Source: the human T2T-CHM13v2.0 reference genome, Homo sapiens
DNA length: 64,000 nucleotides
Assembly (NCBI RefSeq): GCF_009914755.1
Contig: NC_060933.1
Direction: 5' to 3' (one strand)
The notes below the pieces were generated by a model, which saw only the letters and a list, made by a program, of their open reading frames with translations, was not told the DNA's origin and searched no databases. Made by a program: the position numbers and the translations under genes. Each line of letters starts with the position of its first letter. The first letter of the stretch is position 1. This document shows positions 1-14,200 of this stretch, piece by piece.

Positions 1-3000
1 TCCATTCCATTGCATTGCATTCCATTCCTTTCCATTCCATTCCTTTCCATTCCATTACGGATGATTCTATTCCATTGCATTCCATTCCATTCCATTCCCC
101 TGTACTCGGGTTCATTCCATTCCATTCCATTCCAATCCATGCCATTCCACTCGTGTTGATTCCATTCTTTCCATTCCATTCAAGTTGAATCCATTCCATT
201 GCATTCCATTCCATTCCATTCCCCTGCAGTCGGGTTGATTCCATTCCATTCCATTCCATTCCATTCCATTCCATTCCGTTACGTTCCGTTCCATTCCATT
301 CCATTCCATTCTATTCGGGTTAATTCCATTCCATTCCATTCCATTCCATTCCATTCCAATCGAGTTGATTCCATTCCATTCCATTCCATTCCATTCGACT
401 CCATTCCAGTCCTTTCCATTCCATTCGACTCCATTCCAGTCCTTTCTATTCCATTCCACTCGGGTTGATTCCAATGTATTCCTTTCCATTCCATTCCATT
501 CCATTGCAATCGAGTTGATTCCATTGCTTTGCATTCCATTTCATTCCATTCCATTCCGGATGATTCCATTCCATTGCATTCCATTCCATTCCATTCCCCT
601 GCACTCGGGTTGATTCCATTCCATTCCACTCCATTCCGTTCCATTCCATTCCATTCCATTACAATCGAGTTGATTCCATTCCATTCCATTCCATTCCATT
701 CCATTCCACTCCAGTCCTTTCCATTCCATTCCACTCGTGTTGATTCCATTCTATTAGTTTCCATTCCATTCCATTCCCTTCCATTCCACTCTGGTTGATT
801 CCATTCCTTTCCATTCCACTCGAATACATTCCCTCCTATTCCACTCGGAACGATTCCATTCCATTCCATTCCATTCCATTCCATTCCATTCCATTCCATT
901 TCGTTCCATTCCATTCTATTCCGTATCATTCCATTCCATTCCATTTCATTCCATTCCATTCCATTCCATTCCACTCGTGTTGATTCCATTCCTTTCCATT
1001 CCATTCGGTTTGAAGGCATTCCATTCCATTCCATTCCATTCCATTCCATTCCATTCCATTCCATTGTACTCTGGTTGATTGCATTCCATTGCATTCCATT
1101 CCATTCCATTCCGTTGCATTCCATTCCATTACTTTCGGATTGATTCTATTCAACTCCCTTACTCTCCATTACGTTCCATTCCTTTCGGGTTGTTCCATTC
1201 CATTCCATTCCATTCCACTCCATTCCATTGCACTCGGGTTGATTCCATTCCATTCCATTCCATTCCATTCCATTCCATTCCGGATGATTCCATTCCATTA
1301 CATTCCGTTCCATTACATTCCCCTGCACTCGCGTTGATTCCATTCCATTGCATTCCATTCCATTCCATTCCATTCCGTTCCGTTCCGTTCCATTCCATTC
1401 CTTTGCATTCCATTCCATTCCGTTCCGTTCAATTCCATTCCATTCCCTTCTATTCGGGTTAATTCCATTCCATTCCATTCGATTGCAATCGAGTTGATTC
1501 CATTCCATTCCATTCCATTCCATTCCTTTCCATTCCATTCCTTTCCATTCCATTACGGATGATTCCATTCCATTGCATTCCATTCCATTACATTCCTCTG
1601 CACTCGCGTTGATTCCATTCCATTCCATTCCATTCCATTCAATTCCATTCTATTACAATTCGTTCCATTCCATTCTATTCCGTACCATTCCATTCCATTC
1701 CATACCATTCCATTCCATTCCATTCCATTCCATTCCATTCCATTCCGTTCCATTCCGTTCCATTCCATTCCATTCCATTCGGGTTAATTCCATTCCATTC
1801 CATTCCATTCCATTCTATTCCATTCCATTGCAATCGAGTTGAATCCATTGCATTTCATTCCATTCCATTCCATTCCGGAAGATTCCATTCCATTGCATTC
1901 CATTCCATTCCATTCCCCTGCACTCGCGTTGATTCCATTCCATTCCATTCCATTCCATTCCATTCCATTCCGTTCCGTTCCATTCCATTCCATTCCATTC
2001 CATTCCATTCCGTTCCGTTCCATTCCATTCCATTCCATTCTATTCGGGTTAATTCCATTCCATTCCATTCGATTGCAATCGTGTTGATTTCATTCCATTC
2101 CATTCCATTCCATTCCATTCCATTCCATTCCTTTCCATTCCATTACGGATGATTCCATTCCATTGCATTCCATTCCATTCCATTCCCCTGTACTCGGGTT
2201 TATTCCATTCCATTGCATTCCAATCCATGCCATTCCACTCGTGTTGATTCCATTCTTTCCATTCCATTCAAGTTGAATCCATTCCATTGCAATCCATTCC
2301 ATTCGATTCCATTCGATTGCACTCGGGTTGATTCCATTCCATTGCATTCCATTCCATTCCATTCCACTCCATTCCATTCCATTCCATTCCGTTCCATTCC
2401 ATTCCATTACATTCGGATTGATTCTATTCAATTCCCTTACACTCCATTACATTCCATTCCATTCGGGTAGTTTCCATTCCATTCCATTACATTCCTCTCC
2501 ATTCCATTGCACTCGGGTTGATTCCATTCCATTGCATTCCGTTCCATTCCATTCAATTCCATTCCGTTCCATTCCACTCCATTACATTCGGATTGATTCT
2601 ATTCAACTCCCTTACTCTCCATTACATTCCATTCCATTCGGGCTGTTCCATTCCATTCCATTCCATTCCACTCCATTCCATTGCACTCGGGTTTATTCCA
2701 TTCCATTCCATTCCATTTCATTCCGTTCCATTCCGGAAGATTCCATTCCATTGCATTCCATTCCATTCCATTCCCCTGCACTCGCGTTGATTCCATTCCA
2801 TTCCATTCCATTCCATTCCATTCCATTCCATTCCTTTCCGTTCCATTCCATTCCATTCCATTCCATGCCATTCCATTCCATTCCATTCCATTCCATTCCA
2901 TTCCATTCCATTCCATTCCATTCCATTCCATTCCATTCCGTTCCGTTCCATTACGTTCCATTCCATTCCATTCCATTCGGGTTAATTCCATTCCATTCCA

Positions 3001-3530
3001 TTCCATTCCATTCTATTCCATTCCATTGCAATCGAGTTGAATCCATTGCATTTCATTCCATTCCATTCCATTCCATTCCATTCCAGAAGATTCCATTCCA
3101 TTGCATTCCATTCCATTCAATTCCATTCCGTTCCATTCCATTCCATTCCATTACATTCGGATTGATTCTATTCAACTCCCTTACACTCCATTACATTCCA
3201 TTCCATTCGGGTTGTTGCATTCCATTCCATTCCATTCCACTCGGGTTGATTCCATTCCATTCCATTCCATTCCATTTCGGAAGATTCCATTCCATTGCAT
3301 TCCATTACTTTCCATTCCCCTGCACTCGCGTTGATTCCATTCCATTCCATTCCATTCCATTCCATTCCATTCCATTCCATTCCATTCCTTTCCGTTCCTT
3401 TCCATTCCATTCCATTCCATGCCATTCCATTCCGTTCCATTCCGTTCCATTCCATTCCATTCCATTCTATTCGGGTTAATTCCATTCCATTCCACTCGAT
3501 TGCAATCGAGTTGATTCCATTCCATTCCAT
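1..3530 (+). repeat. ~3.53-3.56 kb higher-order unit (segments X 1-1370, Y 1370-2930, Z 2930-3530)
   Basis: 1-~1370 recurs at ~3531-4930. Offsets of matching ORF artefacts are 112/3642 (3530) and 1079/4639 (3560). Confidence 0.7.
1872..1886. promoter_or_regulatory. Perfect three-unit heat shock element aTTCcgGAAgaTTCc (first of 19 seen; motif match only)
   Basis: Matches the canonical HSE nTTCnnGAAnnTTCn. Others start at 2730, 3080, 5107, 7129, 9506, 9910, 11194, 12042, 16002, 17269, 19112, 19396, 21162, 21606, 21751, 41066, 41914 and 43771. Binding is not shown by the sequence. Confidence 0.55.
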
Positions 3531-6500
3531 TCCATTCCATTGCATTCCATTCCTTTCCATTCCATTCCTTTCCATTCCATTACGGATGATTCTATTCCAT
3601 TTCATTCCATTCCATTCCATTCCATTCCCCTGTACTCGGGTTCATTCCATTCCATTCCATTCCAATCCATGCCATTCCACTCGTGTTGATTCCATTCTTT
3701 CCATTCCATTCAAGTTGAATCCATTCCATTGCATTCCATTCCATTCCATTCCCCTGCAGTCGGGTTGATTCCATTCCATTCCATTCCATTCCATTCCATT
3801 CCATTCCGTTCCGTTCTGTTCCATTCCATTCCATTCCATTCTATTCGGGTTAATTCCATTCCATTCCATTCCATTCCATTCCATTCCAATCGAGTTGATT
3901 CCATTCCATTCCATTCCATTCCATTCCACTCCATTCCAGTCCTTTCCATTCCATTCCACTCGGGTTGATTCCAATGTATTCCTTTCCATTCCATTCCATT
4001 CCATTGCAATCGAGTTGATTCCATTGCTTTGCATTCCATTTCATTCCATTCCATTCCGGATGATTCCATTCCATTGCATTCCATTCCATTCCATTCCCCT
4101 GCACTCGGGTTGATTCCATTCCATTCCACTCCATTCCGTTCCATTCCATTCCATTCCATTGTATTCGAGTTAATTCCATTCCATTCCATTCCATTCCATT
4201 CCATTCCATTCCATTCCATTACAATCGAGTTGATTCCATTCCATTCCATTCCATTCCATTCCAGTCCTTTCCATTCCATTCCACTCGGGTTGATTCCATT
4301 CTATTAGTTTCCATTCCATTCCATTCCCTTCCATTCCACTCTGGTTGATTCCATTCCTTTCCATTCCACTCGAATACATTCCCTCCTATTCCACTCGGAA
4401 CGATTCCATTCCATTCCATTCCATTCCATTCCATTCCATTCCATTTCGTTCCATTCCATTCTATTCCGTATCATTCCATTCCATTCCATTTCATTCCATT
4501 CCATTCCATTCCATTCCACTCGTGTTGATTCCATTCCTTTCCATACCATTCGGTTTGAAGGCATTCCATTCCATTCCATTCCATTCCATTCCATTCCATT
4601 CCATCCCATTCCATTCTATTCCATTGTACTCGGGTTGATTGCATTCCATTGCATTCCATTCCATTCCATTCCGTTGCATTCCATTCCATTACATTCGGAT
4701 TGATTCTATTCAACTCCCTTACTCTCCGTTACGTTCCATTCCATTCGGGTTGTTCCATTCCATTCCATTCCATTCCACTCCATTCCATTGCACTCGGGTT
4801 GATTCCATTCCATTCCATTCCATTCCATTCCATTCCGGATGATTCCATTCCATTACATTCCGTTCCATTACATTCCCCTGCACTCGCGTTGATTCCATTC
4901 CATTGCATTCCATTCCATTCCATTCCATTCCATTCCATTCCATTCCATTCTATTCCATTCCATTCCGTTCCGTTCCATTACGATCCATTCCATTCCATTC
5001 CATTCGGGTTAATTCCATTCCATTACATTCCATTCCATTCTATTCCATTCCATTGCAATCGAGTTGAATCCATTGCATTTCATTCCATTCCATTCCATTC
5101 CATTCCATTCCAGAAGATTCCATTCCATTGCATTCCATTCCATTCAATTCCATTCCGTTCCATTCCATTCCATTCCATTACATTCGGATTGATTCTATTC
5201 AACTCCCTTACACTCCATTACATTCCATTCCATTCGGGTTGTTGCATTCCATTCCATTCCATTCCACTCGGGTTGATTCCATTCCATTCCATTCCATTCC
5301 ATTTCGGAAGATTCCATTCCATTGCATTCCATTACTTTCCATTCCCCTGCACTCGCGTTGATTCCATTCCATTCCATTCCATTCCATTCCATTCCATTCC
5401 ATTCCATTCCTTTCCGTTCCTTTCCATTCCATTCCATTCCATGCCATTCCATTCCGTTCCATTCCGTTCCATTCCATTCCATTCCATTCTATTCGGGTTA
5501 ATTCCATTCCATTCCACTCGATTGCAATCGAGTTGATTCCATTCCATTCCATTCCATTCCATTGCATTCCATTCCTTTCCATTCCATTCCTTTCCATTCC
5601 ATTACGGATGATTCTATTCCATTTCATTCCATTCCATTCCATTCCATTCCCCTGTACTCGGGTTCATTCCATTCCATTCCATTCCAATCCATGCCATTCC
5701 ACTCGTGTTGATTCCATTCTTTCCATTCCATTCAAGTTGAATCCATTCCATTGCATTCCATTCCATTCCATTCCCCTGCAGTCGGGTTGATTCCATTCCA
5801 TTCCATTCCATTCCATTCCATTCCATTCCGTTCCGTTCCGTTCCATTCCATTCCATTCCATTCTATTCGGGTTAATTCCATTCCATTCCATTCCATTCCA
5901 TTCCATTCCATTCCAATCGAGTTGATTCCATTCCATTCCATTCCATTCCATTCCACTCCATTCCAGTCCTTTCCATTCCATTCCACTCGGGTTGATTCCA
6001 ATGTATTCCTTTCCATTCCATTCCATTCCATTGCAATCGAGTTGATTCCATTGCTTTGCATTCCATTTCATTCCATTCCATTCCGGATGATTCCATTCCA
6101 TTGCATTCCATTCCATTCCATTCCCCTGCACTCGGGTTGATTCCATTCCATTCCACTCCATTCCGTTCCATTCCATTCCATTCCATTGTATTCGAGTTAA
6201 TTCCATTCCATTCCATTCCATTCCATTCCATTCCATTCCATTCCATTACAATCGAGTTGATTCCATTCCATTCCATTCCATTCCATTCCAGTCCTTTCCA
6301 TTCCATTCCACTCGGGTTGATGCCATTCTATTAGTTTCCATTCCATTCCATTCCCTTCCATTCCACTCTGGTTGATTCCATTCCTTTCCATTCCACTCGA
6401 ATACATTCCCTCCTATTCCACTCGGAACGATTCCATTCCATTCCATTCCATTCCATTCCATTCCATTCCATTCCATTCCATTTCGTTCCATTCCATTCTA

Positions 6501-8990
6501 TTCCGTATCATTCCATTCCATTCCATTTCATTCCATTCCATTCCATTCCATTCCACTCGTGTTGATTCCATTCCTTTCCAAACCATTCGGTTTGAAGGCA
6601 TTCCATTCCATTCCATTCCATTCCATCCCATTCCATTCTATTCCATTGTACTCGGGTTGATTGCATTCCATTGCATTCCATTCCATTCCATTCCGTTGCA
6701 TTCCATTCCATTACATTCGGATTGATTCTATTCAACTCCCTTACTCTCCGTTACGTTCCATTCCATTCGGGTTGTTCCATTCCATTCCATTCCATTCCAC
6801 TCCATTCCATTGCACTCGGGTTGATTCCATTCCATTCCATTCCATTCCATTCCATTCCGGATGATTCCATTCCATTACATTCCGTTCCATTACATTCCCC
6901 TGCACTCGCGTTGATTCCATTCCATTGCATTCCATTCCATTCCGTTCCATTCCATTCCATTCCATTCCATTCTATTCCGTTCCATTCCGTTCCGTTCCAT
7001 TACGTTCCATTCCATTCCATTCCATTCGGGTTAATTCCATTCCATTCCATTCCATTCCATTCTATTCCATTCCATTGCAATCGAGTTGAATCCATTGCAT
7101 TTCATTCCATTCCATTCCATTCCATTCCATTCCAGAAGATTCCATTCCATTGCATTCCATTCCATTCAATTCCATTCCGTTCCATTCCATTCCATTCCAT
7201 TACATTCGGATTGATTCTATTCAACTCCCTTACACTCCATTACATTCCATTCCATTCGGGTTGTTGCATTCCATTCCATTCCATTCCACTCGGGTTGATT
7301 CCATTCCATTCCATTCCATTCCATTTCGGAAGATTCCATTCCATTGCATTCCATTACTTTCCATTCCCCTGCACTCGCGTTGATTCCATTCCATTCCATT
7401 CCATTCCATTCCATTCCATTCCATTCCATTCCTTTCCGTTCCTTTCCATTCCATTCCATTCCATGCCATTCCATTCCGTTCCATTCCGTTCCATTCCATT
7501 CCATTCCATTCTATTCGGGTTAATTCCATTCCATTCCACTCGATTGCAATCGAGTTGATTCCATTCCATTCCATTCCATTCCATTGCATTCCATTCCTTT
7601 CCATTCCATTCCTTTCCATTCCATTACGGATGATTCTATTCCATTTCATTCCATTCCATTCCATTCCATTCCCCTGTACTCGGGTTCATTCCATTCCATT
7701 CCATTCCAATCCATGCCATTCCACTCGTGTTGATTCCATTCTTTCCATTCCATTCAAGTTGAATCCATTCCATTGCATTCCATTCCATTCCATTCCCCTG
7801 CAGTCGGGTTGATTCCATTCCATTCCATTCCATTCCATTCCATTCCATTCCATTCCGTTCCGTTCCGTTCCATTCCATTCCATTCCATTCTATTCGGGTT
7901 AATTCCATTCCATTCCATTCCATTCCATTCCATTCCAATCGAGTTGATTCCATTCCATTCCATTCCATTCCATTCCACTCCATTCCAGTCCTTTCCATTC
8001 CATTCCACTCGGGTTGATTCCAATGTATTCCTTTCCATTCCATTCCATTCCATTGCAATCGAGTTGATTCCATTGCTTTGCATTCCATTTCATTCCATTC
8101 CATTCCGGATGATTCCATTCCATTGCATTCCATTCCATTCCATTCCCCTGCACTCGGGTTGATTCCGTTCCATTCCACTCCATTCCGTTCCATTCCATTC
8201 CATTCCATTGTATTCGAGTTAATTCCATTCCATTCCATTCCATTCCATTCCATTCCATTCCATTCCATTACAATCGAGTTGATTCCATTCCATTCCATTC
8301 CATTCCATTCCAGTCCTTTCCATTCCATTCCACTCGGGTTGATTCCATTCTATTAGTTTCCATTCCATTCCATTCCCTTCCATTCCACTCTGGTTGATTC
8401 CATTCCTTTCCATTCCACTCGAATACATTCCCTCCTATTCCACTCGGAACGATTCCATTCCATTCCATTCCATTCCATTCCATTCCATTCCATTCCATTT
8501 CGTTCCATTCCATTCTATTCCGTATCATTCCATTCCATTCCATTTCATTCCATTCCATTCCATTCCATTCCACTCGTGTTGATTCCATTCCTTTCCATTC
8601 CATTCGGTTTGAAGGCATTCCATTCCATTCCATTCCATTCCATTCCATTCCATTCCATCCCATTCCATTCTATTCCATTGTACTCGGGTTGATTGCATTC
8701 CATTGCATTCCATTCCATTCCATTCCGTTGCATTCCATTCCATTACATTCGGATTGATTCTATTCAACTCCCTTACTCTCCGTTACGTTCCATTCCATTC
8801 GGGTTGTTCCATTCCATTCCATTCCATTCCACTCCATTCCATTGCACTCGGGTTGATTCCATTCCATTCCATTCCATTCCATTCCATTCCATTCCGGATG
8901 ATTCCATTCCATTACATTCCGTTCCATTACATTCCCCTGCACTCGCGTTGATTCCATTCCATTGCATTCCATTCCATTCCATTCCATTCC
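2935..8990 (+). repeat. Three tandem near-identical copies of a ~2.02 kb higher-order repeat
   Basis: Landmarks recur at 2022-2032 bp spacing: CATTACG at ~2950/4977/6999, an 18-bp palindrome at 3494/5516/7538, and ORF artefacts at 3101/5128/7150, 4170/6197/8219 and 4639/6661/8693. Confidence 0.92.
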
Positions 8991-11900
8991 GTTCCGTTCC
9001 GTTCCATTCCATTCCTTTGCATTCCATTCCATTCCGTTCCGTTCCATTCCATTCCATTCCCTTCTATTCGGGTTAATTCCATTCCATTCCATTCGATTGC
9101 AATCGAGTTGATTCCATTCCATTCCATTCCATTCCATTCCATTCCTTTGCATTCCATTCCTTTCCATTCCATTACGGATGATTCCATTCCATTGCATTCC
9201 ATTCCATTACATTCCTCTGCACTCGCGTTGATTCCATTCCATTCCATTCCATTCCATTCAATTCCATTCTATTACAATTCATTCCATTCCATTCTATTCC
9301 GTACCATTCCATTCCATTCCATACCATTCCATTCCATTCCATTCCATTCCATTCCATTCCATTCCATTCCGTTCCATTCCGTTCCATTCCATTCCATTCC
9401 ATTCGGGTTAATTCCATTCCATTCCATTCCATTCCATTCTATTCCATTCCATTGCAATCGAGTTGAATCCATTGCATTTCATTCCATTCCATTCCATTCC
9501 ATTCCATTCCAGAAGATTCCATTCCATTGCATTCCATTCCATTCAATTCCATTCCGTTCCATTCCATTCCATTCCATTACATTCGGATTGATTCTATTCA
9601 ACTCCCTTACACTCCATTACATTCCATTCCATTCGGGTTGTTGCATTCCATTCCATTCCATTCCACTCGGGTTGATTCCATTCGATTCCATTCCATTCCA
9701 TTTCGGAAGATTCCATTCCATTGCATTCCATTACTTTCCATTCCCCTGCACTCGCGTTGATTCCATTCCATTCCATTCCATTCCATTCCATTCCATTCCA
9801 TTCCATTCCGTTCCTTTCCATTACATTCCATTCCATTCCATTCCATTCCGTTCCGTTCCATTCCATTCCATTCCATTCTATTCGGGTTAATTCCATTCCA
9901 TTCCATTCCATTCCGGAAGATTCCATTCCATTGCATTCCATTCCATTCTATTCCCCTGCACTCGCGTTGATTCCATTCCATTCCATTCCATTCCATTCCA
10001 TTCCTTTCCGTTCCATTCCATTGCATTCCATTCCATTCCGTTCTGTTCCCTTCCGTTCCGTTCCATTCCATTCCATTCCATTCTATTCGGGTTAATTCCA
10101 TTCCATTCCATTCGACTGCAATCGAGTTGATTCCATTCCATTCCATTCCATTCCATTCCATTCCATTGCATTCCATTCCTTTCCATTCCATTACGGATGA
10201 TTCCATTCCATTGCATTCCATTCCATTCCATTCCCCTGTACTCGGGTTGATTCCATTCCATTCCATTCCAATCCATGCCATTCCACTCGTGTTGATTCCA
10301 TTCTTTCCATTCCATTCAAGTTGAATCCATTCCATTGCATTCCATTCAATTCCATTCCACTGCAGTCGGGTTGATTCCATTCCATTCTATTCCATTCCAT
10401 TCTATTCCGTTCCGTTCCGTTCCGTTCCGTTCCATTCCATTCCATTCCACTGCAATCTATTCGGGTTAATTCCATTCCATTCCATTCCATTCCATTCCAT
10501 TTCAATCGAGTTGATTCCATTCCATTCCATTCCATTCCATTCCACTCCATTCCAGTCCTTTCCATTCCATTCCACTCGGGTTGATTCCAATGTATTCCTT
10601 TCCATTCCATTCCATTCCATTGCAATCGAGTTGATTCCATTGCTTTGCATTCCATTCCATTCCATTCCATTCCGGATGATTCCATTCCATTGCATTTCAT
10701 TCCATTCCATTCCCCTGCACTCGGGTTGATTCCATTCCATTCCACTCCATTCCGTTCCATTCCATTGCATTCCATTGTAATCGGGTTAATTCCATTCCAT
10801 TCCATTCCATTCCATTCCATTCCATTCCATTCCATCACAATCGAGTTGATTCCATTCCATTCCATTCCATTCCATTCCATTCCATTCCATTCCGGATGAT
10901 TCCATTGCATTACATTCCGTTCCATTACATTCCCCTGCACTCGGGTTGATTCCATTCCATTCCATTCCATTCGATTCCATTCCATTCCAATTCTTTCCAT
11001 TCCATTCTCTTCCGTACAATTCCATTCAATTCCATACCATTCCATTCCATTCCATTCCATTCCGTTCCGTTCCGTTCCGTTCCATTCCATTCCATTCCAT
11101 TTTATTCGGGTTAATTCCATTCCATTCCATTCCATTCCATTCTATTCCATTCCATTGCAAACGAGTTGAATCCATTGCATTCCATTCCATTCCATTCCGG
11201 AAGATTCCATTCCATTGCATTCCATTCCATTCCATTCCCCTGCACTCGCGTTGATTCCATTCCATTCCATTCCATTCCATTCCATTCCATTCCATTCCAT
11301 TCCGTTCCGTTCCGTTCCATTCGATTCCATTCCATTCCGTTCCGTTCCGTTCCGTTCCATTCCATTCCATTCTATTCGGGTTAATTCCATTCCATTCCAT
11401 TCGATTGCAATCGAGTTGATTCCATTCCATTCTATTCCATTCCATTCCATTCCTTTATATTCCATTACGGATGATTCCATTCCATTGCATTCCATTCCAT
11501 TCCATTCCCCTGTACTCGCGTTGATTCCATTCCTTTGCATTCCAATCCATGCCCTTCCACTCGTGTTGATTCCATTCTTTCCATTCCATTCAAGTTGAAT
11601 CTATTCCATTGCATTCCATTCCATTCGATTCCATTTGATTGCACTCGGGTTGATTCCATTCCATTGCATTCCATTCCATTCCATTCCATTCCATTCCATT
11701 CCATTTCGTTCCATTCCATTCCATTACATTCGGATTGATTCTATTCAATTCCCTTACACTCCATTACATTCCATTCCATTCGGGTAGTTTCCATTCCATT
11801 CCATTCCATTCCTCTTCATTCCATTGCACTCGGGTTGATTCCATTCCATTGCATTCCATTCCATTCCATTCCATTCCATTCCGTTCCATTCCATTCCATT

Positions 11901-13099
11901 ACATTCGGATTGACTCTATTCAACTCCCTTACTCTCCATTACATTCCATTGCATTCGGCTTGTTCCATTCCATTCCATTCCATTCCACTCCATTCCATTG
12001 CACTCAGGTTTATTCCATTCCATTCCATTCCATTCCATTCCATTCCGGAAGATTCCATTCCATTGCATTCCATTCCATTCCATTCCCCAGCACTCGCGTT
12101 GATTCCATTTCATTCCATTCCATTCCATTCCATTCCATTCCATTCCATTCCTTTCCGTTCCATTCCATTCCATTCCATTCCGTTCCGTTCCATTCCATTC
12201 CATTCCATTCTATTCGGGTTAATTCCATTCCATTCCATTCGATTGCAATCGATTTGATTCCATTCCATTCCATTCCATTCCATTCCATTCCGGATGATTC
12301 CATTCCATTGCATTCCCTTCCATTCCATTCCCCTGCAGTCGGGTTGATTCCATTCCATTCCATTCCATTCCATTCCATTCCGTTCCGTTCCGTTCCATTC
12401 CATTCCATTCCATTCTATTCGGGTTAATTCCATTCCATTCCATTCCATTCCATTCCATTCCAATCGAGTTGATTCCATTCCATTCCATTCCATTCCATTC
12501 CACTCCATTCCAGTCATTTCCATTCCATTCCACTCGGATTGATTCCAATGTATTCCTTTCCATTCCATTCCATTCCATTGCAATCGAGTTGATTCCATTG
12601 CTTTGCATTCCATTCCATTCCATTCCATTCCGGATGATTCCATTCCATTGCATTCTATTCCATTCCATTCCCCTGTACTCGGGTTGATTCCATTCCATTC
12701 CACTCCATTCCGTTCCATTCCATTCCATTCCATTGTATTCGGGTTAATTCCATTCCATTCCATTCCATTCCATTCCATTCCATTCCATTCCATTACAATC
12801 GAGTTGATTCCATTCCATTCCATTCCATTCCATTCCATTCCAGTCCTTTCCATTCCATTCCACTCGGGTTGATTCCATTCTATTAGTTTCCATTCCATTC
12901 CATTCCCTTCCATTCCACTCTGGTTGATTCCATTCCTTTCCATTCCACTCGAATACATTCCCTCCTATTCCACTCGGAACGATTCCATTCCATTCCATTC
13001 CATTCCATTCCATTCCATTCCATTCCATTCCATTCCATTTCGTTCCATTCCATTCTATTCCGTATCATTCCATTCCATTCCGTTCCATTCCATTCCATT

Positions 13100-14200
13100 C
13101 CATTCCACTCGTGTTGATTCCATTCCTTTCCATTCCATTCGGTTTGAAGGCATTCCATTCCATTCCATTCCATTCCATTCCATTCCATTCCATTCCATTG
13201 TACTCGGGTTGATTCCATACCATTGCATTCCATTCCATTCCATTCCATTCCATTCCGTTGCATTCCATTCCATTACATTCGGATTGATTCTATTCAAATC
13301 CCTTACTCTCCATTACATTCCATTCCATACGGGTTGTTCCATTCCATTCCATTCCATTCCACTCCATTCCATTGCACTATGGTTGATTCCATTCCATTCC
13401 ATTCCATTCCATTCCGGATGATTCCATTCCATTGCATTCCATTCCATTACATTCCCCTGCACTCGTGTTCATTCCATTCCATTCCATTCCATTCAATTCC
13501 ATTCCATTACAATTCGTTGCATTCCATTCTATTCCGTACGATTCCATTCCATTCCATACCATTCCTTTCCATTCCATTCCATTCCATTCCATTCCATTCC
13601 ATTGCATTCCATTCCATTCCATTCCATTCCATTCCATTCCATTCCATTCCGTTCCGTTCCATTCCATTCCATTCCATTCTATTCGGGTTAATTCCATTCC
13701 ATTCCATTCGATTGCAATCGAGTTGATTCCATTCCATTCCATTCCATTCCATTCCATTCCTTTCCATTCCATTACGGATGATTCCATTCCATTGCATTCC
13801 ATTCCATTCCATTCCCCTGTACTCGGGTTGATTCCATTCACTTCCATTCCAATCCATGCCATTCCACTCGTGTTGATTCCATTCTTTCCATTCCATTCAA
13901 GTTGAATCCATTCCATTGCATTCCATTCAATTTGATTCCATTCGATTGCACTCGGGTTGATTCCATTCCATTGCATTCCATTCCATTCAATTCCATTCCA
14001 TTCCATTCCATTCCATTCCATTCCATTCCATTCCATTCCATTACATTCGGATTGATTCTATTCAATTCCCTTACACTGCATTACATTCCATTCCATTCGG
14101 GTAGTTTCCATTCCATTCCATTCCATTCCTCTCCATTCCATTGCACTCGGGTTGATTCCATTCCATTGCATTCCATTCCATTCCATTCAATTCCATTCCG
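13100..14200 (+). repeat. Dispersed ~1.1 kb paralog of ~21855-23040
   Basis: Shared private variants ATTCAAATCCCTTAC, CATACGGGTTGTTCC, TCAATTTGATTCC and TACACTGCATTAC. ORF offsets 13432/22191 (8759) and 13902/22761 (8859). Confidence 0.8.

Noticed and set aside
1-3560. The ~3.55 kb period resembles the ~3.56 kb DYZ1 unit of Yq12
   Set aside because: The period occurs only once and is not maintained through the window, unlike the regular DYZ1 arrays. A length coincidence is not enough, and alignment to DYZ1 would be needed.
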